A stretch of DNA of 18,010 nucleotides from Armatimonadota bacterium. GTDB taxonomy: Bacteria > Sysuimicrobiota > Sysuimicrobiia > Sysuimicrobiales > Humicultoraceae. Position numbers and translations under genes: made by a program. The stretch covers positions 1-18,010 of the forward strand of contig JBQTJP010000291.1 in NCBI GenBank assembly GCA_052386995.1, written 5' to 3'. The notes beneath the pieces are model-generated. The model had not been told where the DNA came from. It did no database searches and saw nothing but the letters and a program-made list of their open reading frames with translations. Of the stretch, positions 8,747 through 16,502 are shown one piece after another (position 1 is the first letter of the stretch; the number at the start of each line of letters is the position of its first letter).

Positions 8747-9640
8747 CTAGCGTCCGAACGCGCTGACGAAGCCCCGCGTGATGTACGAGCGAAAGATGAG
8801 GGCGAAGGCCATCGCGGGGATCATCGCCAGCACCAGCGCCGCGAAGGACAGCGCGAAGCTCACATCGTGATTGATCGCCGTCGCCACCAGGATCAACGGC
8901 GCGGTCTTCGAGGCCATGGTCCGGGTCAGGAACAGGGCAAAGAGAAACTCGCTGTACGACCCCATGAACGCGAAGGCCGCCGCAGCCGCGAGCCCGGGCG
9001 CCGCCATGGGCGCGACGATTCGCCTGAGCGCCCCAAACCTCGTGCAGCCGTCGATGAGCGCCGCCTCCTCGACCTCGACCGGCAAGAACGCGAAGTATTT
9101 CATCAGAAACCACATGGTGAACGGGAGCGTAAACGCCAGATAGACGCCGATCAGCGCCCAGTGAGTGTCCAGGAGTCCCAGGCGGGTGACGAGCACTGAG
9201 ATCGGGATCGCCACGGAGATCGCGGGGATGAGCCGGCTCGTCAGAATGAACGCATACGTGAAGTCACGGCCCCGGAACCGGAGACGCGCATATGTATACG
9301 CGGCCAGCGTGCTGAAGAGGAGATTGAAGATGGTCACGGTCGTGGCGACAATGAAGCTGTTCTTCAACGCCGGCATCAGGCTGAGCGCCTCGCCGCTCGC
9401 GCGCCGACCGGTGATCTCGCCGGAGTAGCTGGGCGGCGCCTTCCGGGTGATCACATACGTGTAATTGTCCAGCGTGGGCTGGCGCGGGATGAGCTGCGGC
9501 GGGACGGTGAACAGATCGGCGTCAAACTGGAGGCTCGAACTGACCATCCAGATGATCGGGCCCAGCAGGAAGGCGGCGAGAATCAGACCGGCGCCGATCG
9601 TGGCGAGCTGCATCGGGATCCCCGCGATCCGCGCCGTCAC
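8747..9640 (-). CDS. Carbohydrate ABC transporter permease (MalG-like), about 297 aa
   Basis: Multiple transmembrane segments, PTLDNY, NSFIVA and the EAA loop EVEEAALIDGC. The real start is GTG 9640, which overlaps the upstream TGA (GTGA) and has a GAGGAG SD. The track start at 10189 is an upstream extension. Confidence 0.9.
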   Translation of the reverse strand: MTARIAGIPMQLATIGAGLILAAFLLGPIIWMVSSSLQFDADLFTVPPQLIPRQPTLDNYTYVITRKAPPSYSGEITGRRASGEALSLMPALKNSFIVATTVTIFNLLFSTLAAYTYARLRFRGRDFTYAFILTSRLIPAISVAIPISVLVTRLGLLDTHWALIGVYLAFTLPFTMWFLMKYFAFLPVEVEEAALIDGCTRFGALRRIVAPMAAPGLAAAAAFAFMGSYSEFLFALFLTRTMASKTAPLILVATAINHDVSFALSFAALVLAMIPAMAFALIFRSYITRGFVSAFGR

Positions 9641-10581
9641 GTCGTGTACTCCTCGGCCCGCAGAAGCCGGACGTAGATGAGCGCCATCCCGAGCGTCATG
9701 GCCGCGATCACGAAGGCCATCGCCGCTCCCTTTCCCAGGTTCAGGAACCGAAAGATCTCCGCATAGGCAAACCAGGCCAGCATCGTCGTCGCATCCGCCG
9801 GGCCGCCCCCGGTCAGCACATAGATGATGTCGAACGTGACGAACCCGGCAATCGTCTCCAGGATGAGCAGCAAGAGAATCGTGGGGCGCAGGAACGGCAG
9901 CGTGATAAACCGGAAGCCGGCCCAGGCGCCTCCGCCGTCGATGTGGGCCGCTTCGTACAGATCGCGGGGAATGACCTGGAGCGTGGCCAGGCACATGATC
10001 GCGGCAAGCGGTCCCCACTTCCACACGTGTGTCACCACGAGCGCCAGGGGGGCCAGGTACGGATTGGCGAGCCACGAGATGTACTCGGGAATGATCCCGA
10101 GCCACACGAGGAGCGCATTGAGCATGCCGTAATTGCCGTTGAAGATCCACCTCCAGACGATTGCGGCCATGACCGTCGGGATCGCCCACGGGAGCAGGAT
10201 CGCCAGGCGCAGGAAGCCGGGCAGCCTGCCGCCGCGGTTCAAGTACAGGCCCACGAGTATGCCGAACGTGATCGTCCCGATGATGATCAGGGCGGTGAAT
10301 TTCAGCGTGGTCTGCAGCGAGCGAACAAAGTAGTAGCTGCCGAACGCCTCCGTGAAATTGCGCGCTCCGACGAAGGGATGACTCAAGGGCTCGGTGAGGA
10401 CGTTCTTGTGAAAACTGAGATCGAGCGCAAAGAGGATCGGATAGACCGAGATCACGATGACGACGAGCAGAGCAGGCAGGATCGACACGTACGGATAGAT
10501 TTGGAGACGATGCCTGGGCCGGAGAGGTGTCCGGCCCAGGGTCAGTTCGGGGAGCGTTTCACCTTCGTGCAGCCTTGCCAC
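9637..10581 (-). CDS. Carbohydrate ABC transporter permease (MalF/UgpA-like), 314 aa
   Basis: Motifs FVGARNF, LLPWAIP, the EAA loop DLYEAAHIDGG, FRFITLPFLRP and LTGGGPADAT. Confidence 0.92.
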   Translation of the reverse strand: MARLHEGETLPELTLGRTPLRPRHRLQIYPYVSILPALLVVIVISVYPILFALDLSFHKNVLTEPLSHPFVGARNFTEAFGSYYFVRSLQTTLKFTALIIIGTITFGILVGLYLNRGGRLPGFLRLAILLPWAIPTVMAAIVWRWIFNGNYGMLNALLVWLGIIPEYISWLANPYLAPLALVVTHVWKWGPLAAIMCLATLQVIPRDLYEAAHIDGGGAWAGFRFITLPFLRPTILLLLILETIAGFVTFDIIYVLTGGGPADATTMLAWFAYAEIFRFLNLGKGAAMAFVIAAMTLGMALIYVRLLRAEEYTT

Positions 10582-10601
10582 GCGAATGCCCTGGCCGCGT
10601 C

Positions 10602-11915
10602 CTACTTCCGCCTCAACTCATTCCATTTCGCGGCCATGTTCTTGACCGTCTGCTCGGCAGACTGCTGCTCGAGATAGGCCTTGTGCAGTTCGGCCCGGGT
10701 GAAGACATCCCACTGGGCGAACTGAGGCGTCAGCCCCTGCTTCACCTTGGAGTACCGCTGCCCGATGCGCTGCAGCAGCGGGACGTCGACCCATTTTCCA
10801 AAGCTCAACAGGATCTCTGTGTCCCTGAACAGGGGCATCTGCGCGAAGCCGAGGCCAAAATCCGTCGCCCATCGGCGCACCACCGGGTACGTGTTGTCCG
10901 GACCGGGGCCGCCGAAGTAGTTCAGAAAGTTCCAGGCCGCGTCGAGCGCCTCTTTGCCGCGCCTGGGCACCTGGCTGGACATCGCATAGAATCGCACGAA
11001 GCCGACGGTCTGGTGCGTTGACCCCGGCATCAGCGCGATCTTGAAGTTGCCGGCCTCCTTGGACTGACGGGGATCGTTGAACGCCCACAGCGCCGAGGCC
11101 CGGCTGATGCTGTACACTTGCGTGCCGGCCCGCATGGCCGCGCCGGCCTGGACATCCCACGCCAGCGATTCGGGATTCAGCACGCCGGCCTTCAGGGCGT
11201 CACGCACCCACTCGATGGACTTGATGGTCGCGCTTCCGGGCCGATCAAAGACCGGGTTGAGGTCTTTGTCGAAGAAATCGCCGCCGCGCGAGTAGACCAT
11301 CGAAATGAAGACTTCAATGGAGAACGGCTCCTGCAGCGAGAACCCGAAGCCGATCGGGTACTTGACGAGCCCTTTCTCCTTGATGGTCTTGGCCTGCGCC
11401 AGGAGTTCTTCCCACGTGGCCGGCGGCAGGGTGAACCCCGCTTTCTTCAAGATCGCCTCATTGTAGAAAAATCCCATTGGGTCGGCGTAATAGGGCAGGC
11501 CGTAGATCTTGCCCTTGTACGTCATCCCGTCGATGGCGTACGGCGCGAAGGATTTGGCCATCTCCTTCACCTGCGGGAAATGGTCCTCGAGTGGAACGAT
11601 CCATCCGGCCGCGGCCCACTGCTGCAGCCAATGGTCTGAGCTGTAGAGCACGTCCGGGGCGTCGGAGCCGCCCACGAACCTCGTCACCAGGGTATCGTTG
11701 TACTGTCCCCAGTTGTGGTCGCTGAGCTTGACCTCGACGTTCGGATATCGCTGCTCGAAGCGCCGGATGTTGTCCTTGATCAGATCAATGGCAAAGGTCC
11801 AGACCGTGAAGCTGACTGTCAGTCGGGTGGGGCCTGCGCTGGCCCTCGGCAGGACCGGCAGGAGGCTCACCATCAACACCACGACGGCGAGCAGGGCAAA
11901 GGTCCGTCCTCTCAT
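10602..11915 (-). CDS. Carbohydrate-type ABC transporter substrate-binding protein (family 1), 437 aa
   Basis: Signal peptide ending ...PRASA with no lipobox. Motifs FEQRYPNVEV, APDV, YKGKIYGLPY and FYNEAILKKAG...PATWEEL. GGAGGGGG SD upstream. Confidence 0.92.
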   Translation of the reverse strand: MRGRTFALLAVVVLMVSLLPVLPRASAGPTRLTVSFTVWTFAIDLIKDNIRRFEQRYPNVEVKLSDHNWGQYNDTLVTRFVGGSDAPDVLYSSDHWLQQWAAAGWIVPLEDHFPQVKEMAKSFAPYAIDGMTYKGKIYGLPYYADPMGFFYNEAILKKAGFTLPPATWEELLAQAKTIKEKGLVKYPIGFGFSLQEPFSIEVFISMVYSRGGDFFDKDLNPVFDRPGSATIKSIEWVRDALKAGVLNPESLAWDVQAGAAMRAGTQVYSISRASALWAFNDPRQSKEAGNFKIALMPGSTHQTVGFVRFYAMSSQVPRRGKEALDAAWNFLNYFGGPGPDNTYPVVRRWATDFGLGFAQMPLFRDTEILLSFGKWVDVPLLQRIGQRYSKVKQGLTPQFAQWDVFTRAELHKAYLEQQSAEQTVKNMAAKWNELRRK

Positions 11916-11919
11916 GACT

Positions 11920-12822
11920 TCACCCCCTCCTACGGGCTAGCGGTGGTCGCCGAACGATCGTCGATCTCGGGCGTCTCTCCCCTCCTTTCCTTTGCATCGC
12001 TGAGACGCTGTGTCCCAACGCGCGCGAGATGGAGCCACAGGCATCGACCAGGGCGGGCACGGCGTGGGGCTTCAGCGCGCGAACCCGGCTCACCGGACCC
12101 GAAAGACTGATCGCCCCGACGACACGTCCGTCTGCCCCAAAGAGTGGGGCGCCGATGCAACTGGCTTCAAGCTCGGTCTCCCCGTTGTCTTCCGAATAAC
12201 CGCGGGCGCGGGTGCGCGCGAGCTCGCGCTTCCAGGCGACGCGCGACGTCAGCGTCCTGTGCGTCAGCGCCGGCAACCCTCGGGTCCGGATGATTTGATC
12301 GACGTCTTCGTCCGGCAGGTAGGCCGCCATGGCCTTCCCGAGCGCGCTGCTGTGCACCGGCGACCGGGATCCCAGGCTGGCCGCCATCCGGAAGGAATGT
12401 GGGCTTTCGAGCATCTCGAGGTAGAGCACCTCGCCGTCACGCAGCACTCCGAGGTTTAGCGTCTCGCCGAAACGATCGAGAAGACGCCGCATGTGGGGGA
12501 GCGCGACCTCGGACAGCGGCGTGTGCGGCATTGTCGCGTACCCGAAGCGCAGCGAGTTCGAGCCAAGCGAGTACCGCCCGTCGCCGCCAACCCGCTCGAC
12601 GTATCCCCGCCGCTCGAGGGTGCAGAGGAGTCGAAACACGGAGCTCTTGACGATGTTGAGCCGCCGGCTGATCTCCTGCAAACTCAACGGCCGTCCCGCG
12701 TCCATGATCAGCTCCAGGACGGTCAGTGCGCGGTCAACGACATTCACCGTATAGCGGTCGAGATCGGAGCTCCGGCGGTCCGAACCGTGTTTCACCCAGT
12801 AAAACATTCGTTTTACTGACAC
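11920..12822 (-). CDS. IclR family transcriptional regulator, up to 300 aa
   Basis: N-terminal HTH VDRALTVLELI...LSLQEISRRLNIVKSSVFRLLCTLERRGYV. Effector domain GETLNLG, VHSSALGKA, RARGYSEDNGE...CIGAP and AISLSGP. The start could be GTG 12822 or a slightly downstream ATG/GTG. Confidence 0.94.
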   Translation of the reverse strand: MSVKRMFYWVKHGSDRRSSDLDRYTVNVVDRALTVLELIMDAGRPLSLQEISRRLNIVKSSVFRLLCTLERRGYVERVGGDGRYSLGSNSLRFGYATMPHTPLSEVALPHMRRLLDRFGETLNLGVLRDGEVLYLEMLESPHSFRMAASLGSRSPVHSSALGKAMAAYLPDEDVDQIIRTRGLPALTHRTLTSRVAWKRELARTRARGYSEDNGETELEASCIGAPLFGADGRVVGAISLSGPVSRVRALKPHAVPALVDACGSISRALGHSVSAMQRKGGERRPRSTIVRRPPLARRRG

Positions 12823-12826
12823 GATC
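12789..12826. promoter_or_regulatory. Tandem putative IclR operator overlapping the 5' end of the IclR gene
   Basis: Imperfect palindrome GTTTCACCCAGTAAAAC (12789-12805), then 4 nt, then the weaker GTTTTACTGACACGATC (12810-12826). Together they form a perfect inverted repeat CAGTAAAAC-attc-GTTTTACTG (12797-12818). The site is AT-rich in a GC-rich background. Confidence 0.65.
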
Positions 12827-12828
12827 TC

Positions 12829-12858
12829 AGACTAGGCGCCATCCGTTCGAAGTGTCAA
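12829..12858 (-). promoter_or_regulatory. Sigma70-type promoter of the IclR operon
   Basis: Perfect -35 TTGACA (12858-12853), an 18-nt spacer, and -10 TAGTCT (12834-12829). The -10 ends 6 nt before the GTG at 12822. Confidence 0.7.
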
Positions 12859-12954
12859 GCCCCGGCCGGACGCTCCCTGCTTACGGGTTGCGCCAATCAA
12901 AGACGATGCCGATGGCCGACCTGCCTTCGTCAGGCTGGGATGTCTTCCTTGCAT

Positions 12955-13927
12955 TCACCACACCACGTCGTGGTCGAGCGGGACGACCGGCCGGCGGACG
13001 CGCGTGTAGGGCAGCGATTGCAAATTCGCCGTGCACACTCCCGGCGTATCCACCTCGATGATGTCGCGGGCCATCTCCTCGTAGGCCGCGCGCCAGGCAA
13101 TAGCCGATTTCACCACGATGATCCGGCAGTCGCGCGGCTCGATGCCCAGCACCCGCAGCTCCTCGGCATCAAACGGCATGACCTTGCGCTCCCGCACGAC
13201 GATCCTCACACTGCCGGCATCGAGGACGGCCGCCCAACCCGCGTTGACGCGCCTGCCGGTCATGTAGGGCCCTTTGTACGTGAACTCCATGGGGGCCAGC
13301 CGCTCGACGCGTACGCGCACAGGCACCGGGTCTCCGTGCATGCGGTCGGTCTTTCCGCCGAGCTCCGCCGTGATGACGCCGCCCTCCCCCGCCTGCTTCG
13401 CCAGCCGGACGACCTCCGGATCGGCAAGGGCAATTACAACGCCGCGCGCCCGAGCGCGCAGCAGCGCATCGAGGAGGACCGTGCCGTCGCCGGGTGATCC
13501 GCCGCCGACGTTGTCGGCCGAGTCCACGAGAATCACAGGCCCATCGGGAGATCGCAGCGCCTGCGCCACGGCTTCCTCGGCCGGCACCGTGTCAAGATCC
13601 CTCCGCGGCCATCGCGCCGTGCAGGTCGAGCAAGATCGCGTCGGGCCTGGCCTCGCTCACCAGCGCGACGAGGCGTCCCACGATGGAATCGAGCGCCTCG
13701 CGGCTCACCAGCCCAGACGGAAGCGCGAACGCAAAGAACGTGGGGACGACCTCGACCCCGGCCCGCTGCGCGGCGTCGAGATACCCGCCCAGCGGTGTGC
13801 GCGTCCCTCCCAGGGTGCTGACGATGGCCGGGCCTTCGACGATGCCGAAGTCGGCCACCTCGGTTCGGCCGGCCGCAAACGTGTTCGTCTCATGCCAGAG
13901 ACCGCCGACGGCGATCCGCGTTCCCAT
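12955..13927 (-). pseudogene. Second M81/MlrC-like metallopeptidase, internally deleted and frameshifted (fragments 13592-13927 and 12955-13587)
   Basis: The N fragment starts at ATG 13927 with a GGAGG SD and reads HETNTF...LHGAMAAEGS*. It abuts, in another frame, DLDTVPAEEAV...DSADNVGGGSPGDGT...LGGKTD...VKSAIAWRAAY...RRPVVPLD. Relative to the intact paralog at 4435-5916, residues ~113-278 are missing. Confidence 0.85.
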
Positions 13928-13988
13928 GCTCGGCCTCCAACCCGCGCGATCCGCCCTGGGGCGCAGGATGCGCCCTGGGTCGCACCAC

Positions 13989-14026
13989 ATTTTATTAGAT
14001 GAAACTTGCGTTACACCCTCATGTGC
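13989..14026. promoter_or_regulatory. Second putative IclR operator in the divergent promoter region
   Basis: ATTTTATTAGATGAAAC (13989-14005) matches the reverse complement of the IclR-proximal site (GTTTTACTGGGTGAAAC) at 13/17 positions. After 4 nt comes GTTACACCC, an 8/9 match to GTTTCACCC. Confidence 0.55.
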
Positions 14027-14090
14027 GGGATCAAGTGACCCCGCACCAGGGTAACGGGATCGCCGTCACGAAGACACCGGCACACGAGCC

Positions 14091-14906
14091 GTGAATCGTC
14101 TGGCAGACCTGACATGGGAAGAGGTGCGCGCGCGGGCGGCCGGGGACCCGGTCGTCGTCCTCCCCGCGGGCTCGATCGAGCAGCACGGCCCACATCTCCC
14201 CACAAAAACGGACACGCTGCTCGTGTCCGCTATCACCGAAGAAGCCGTGCGTCGCGCCGGCTCAAGGATCGACATTCTGCTGGCCCCGACGGTCTGGATG
14301 GGCCTCTCGACGCACCACACCGGCTACTTCAGCCTCACGCTCTCGTTCGATACCTATCAGCAGGTCATCACCGAGCTCCTGGAGAGCCTGATCCGCACCG
14401 GCTTTCGCCGGCTGCTGATCATCAACGGCCACGGAGGCAATACCGACCCCCTGCACCTCACCGTCACGCGCGTGCGCGACCGGCACAAGGTGCTCGTCGC
14501 GACGGCCGACTACTGGGATCTGGCGCGGGATGAATTCAACCGCATCCGGGAATCGCCAACGGGCGGCATGGGGCATGCCTGCGAGTGGGAGACATCAGGG
14601 GTGATGCATCTGGACGGCGGGCTGGTGCGGACCGATCGCATCCAGGCCGAGTACCCGCCCGCTATTCCGGGATGGTTTGTCATCGACATGACGCAGTCGG
14701 GCGGGCCGGTGAAGATCGGGACGCGCTTCGAGGACATCACGCGGCGCGGCGTGGTCGGCGATCCGACGCTGGCCACGCCGGAGAAGGGCCGGCGCTTCTT
14801 CGAGGCCGCTGTAGGGCGGCTGGAGCACCTCCTGATCGCTTTCGCACGCTGGAGTATTGAGCATGGCGTTAGTGCGGGCACGGCGGAGGCTTCGGGCCGC
14901 GCGTGA
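14091..14906 (+). CDS. Creatininase / creatinine amidohydrolase family protein, 271 aa
   Basis: Motifs LTWEE, LPAGSIEQHGPHLP..TD, GLSTHH, INGHGGN, GHACEWETS and GVVGDPTLATPEKG. Confidence 0.93.
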   Translation: MNRLADLTWEEVRARAAGDPVVVLPAGSIEQHGPHLPTKTDTLLVSAITEEAVRRAGSRIDILLAPTVWMGLSTHHTGYFSLTLSFDTYQQVITELLESLIRTGFRRLLIINGHGGNTDPLHLTVTRVRDRHKVLVATADYWDLARDEFNRIRESPTGGMGHACEWETSGVMHLDGGLVRTDRIQAEYPPAIPGWFVIDMTQSGGPVKIGTRFEDITRRGVVGDPTLATPEKGRRFFEAAVGRLEHLLIAFARWSIEHGVSAGTAEASGRA

Positions 14907-14928
14907 CCCATCGAGAGGAGGCACAGCA

Positions 14929-16473
14929 ATGAACCGCCGGTTAGTCGTGGTGGCGCTCCTGCTGGTCCTGGCGGCCGGCACGTTCCCCGTTATGGCACAG
15001 GCTCCGCGGATCCTGCGCGTGGCGACCGACACGAATCTCCCGTGGCTCGATCCCCACATGGGCACGGCGTTCTCGCTTCGCGAGCTCTCCGCACACATCT
15101 TCGAGGGGCTCGTGACCATCGGCGAAGACTACGGCGTCATTCCGCAGCTCGCCGAGTCCTGGACCGTGAGCACCACCGGCCTCGACTACACCTTCAGGCT
15201 GCGGTCGGGTGTCAAGTTTCACAACGGTAAGACGCTCGCGGCCGACGACGCGAAGGCATCGATCGACCGGTTTGTGCAATACAGCGCCCGGAAGGGTGAC
15301 GTTGCCGGGATTGAGCGCGTCACGGTCGTCGATCCACTGACGGTTCGCATCACCCTCAAAGAGCCTCAAGGATCATTCATCGGGGCCATGGCCAACCCGG
15401 TGAGCCTGCTCGCCATCATGCCGAAGGAACTGGTCGAGGGCGCGCGAGATCCGATTCAGCCGCCGAACCTCATCGGCACGGGTCCGTTCCGGCTGGCGGA
15501 ATGGCAGCGGGACCGCCAGATCATCCTGCGGCGATTCCCCGACTACACCCGCGACCGACGCACGCTGGCCTCGGGACTGGGCGGCGACCGCCAGGCCGCC
15601 GTCGATGAGGTACACATCATCTCGGTGCTCGAGAGCGCCACCCGCCTAGCCTCGCTCGAGCGAGGCGATGTGGACTACGCGATGTCGGTGGCTCCCGCGT
15701 CCTTCGACCGCCTGCAGGCGTCAGCGACGCTGAGCCCCGTCGTCCTCAAGCCATTCACGCAGGTCATCCTGCAACTCAACGCCAACCGCGCCCCATTCAA
15801 CAACGTCAAAGCGCGCCAGGCCGTCTCGCGCGGGCTCGATATGGAAGCGATCATGCGCGCGGTCACCGGCAACCAGCCGGCCTTCTACCGCCTGCAGCCG
15901 AGCTTCTTCTTCCCCGAGCAGCAGGTCTGGCACAACATGGAGGGCCGGGAGGTCTACAACAGCAAGAACCTCGACGTGGCGCGCCGGCTCCTCAGGGAAT
16001 CCGGATACGACGGCCGGCCGATCACGCTCCTGTCCAATCGGGACATCGAGTGGCTATTCCGGGCCTCGGTGCCGGTGAAGCCGCAGCTCGAAGCCATCGG
16101 CTTCCGTGTCGACCTGGTCGTGCGGGACTGGCCGGGGCAGATCGCCCAGCAGCGCGAGATCAACTTCGACATGGCGACCAATGGCGTGAGCACACGGCCC
16201 GAACCCACCGGGTTCAACTATCTGTTTCAGTGCGGGGCGTCGTACGAGACCTACGGGTACTGCGACAACGAGATGGACAAGTGGTTGATCGTAGGGCTCC
16301 GCGTGCGCGATCCGGAGCGGCGGGCCCAGGCGTATGCCATGGCCCAGCGAGAGTTTTACGAGAGCGTCCCCTTCGTGAAGGTGGGCGACCTGTTCTCGCT
16401 CGACGGGATGAACAAGGGCGTCCGGGGATACAGGGTGTTCTTCCTGCGCCGTTTCTGGAACGTCACCAGGTAG
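14929..16473 (+). CDS. Peptide/nickel ABC transporter substrate-binding protein (family 5, DppA/OppA-like), 514 aa
   Basis: GAGGAGG SD before ATG 14929. Signal peptide MNRRLVVVALLLVLAAGTFPVMA with no lipobox. Motifs LDPH, IFEGLV, PQLAESW, YTFRLRSGVKFHNG, IGTGPF and PFNNVKARQAV. Confidence 0.93.
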   Translation: MNRRLVVVALLLVLAAGTFPVMAQAPRILRVATDTNLPWLDPHMGTAFSLRELSAHIFEGLVTIGEDYGVIPQLAESWTVSTTGLDYTFRLRSGVKFHNGKTLAADDAKASIDRFVQYSARKGDVAGIERVTVVDPLTVRITLKEPQGSFIGAMANPVSLLAIMPKELVEGARDPIQPPNLIGTGPFRLAEWQRDRQIILRRFPDYTRDRRTLASGLGGDRQAAVDEVHIISVLESATRLASLERGDVDYAMSVAPASFDRLQASATLSPVVLKPFTQVILQLNANRAPFNNVKARQAVSRGLDMEAIMRAVTGNQPAFYRLQPSFFFPEQQVWHNMEGREVYNSKNLDVARRLLRESGYDGRPITLLSNRDIEWLFRASVPVKPQLEAIGFRVDLVVRDWPGQIAQQREINFDMATNGVSTRPEPTGFNYLFQCGASYETYGYCDNEMDKWLIVGLRVRDPERRAQAYAMAQREFYESVPFVKVGDLFSLDGMNKGVRGYRVFFLRRFWNVTR

Positions 16474-16502
16474 CGGCGCGGCCGCGGTAAGGAGGCGCGT
16501 CG

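Noticed and set aside
5729..9199. Long plus-strand ORFs (5729..7021, 7727..9199) and similar ones (2613..3572, 4687..5586, 16920..17831)
   Set aside because: These are antisense shadows of well-supported genes, expected in high-GC DNA with few stop codons. They carry no family motifs.
9641..10189. N-terminal extension of the 480-aa ORF 8747..10189
   Set aside because: It overlaps the upstream permease out of frame. GTG 9640 has an SD and a GTGA coupling.
13590..13595. TTGACA at the mlrC deletion junction as a new -35 box
   Set aside because: There is no plausible -10 hexamer 16-18 nt downstream.
14091..14906. Mycofactocin/RiPP system (mftE)
   Set aside because: No radical SAM enzyme, RRE chaperone or precursor peptide is visible in the window.
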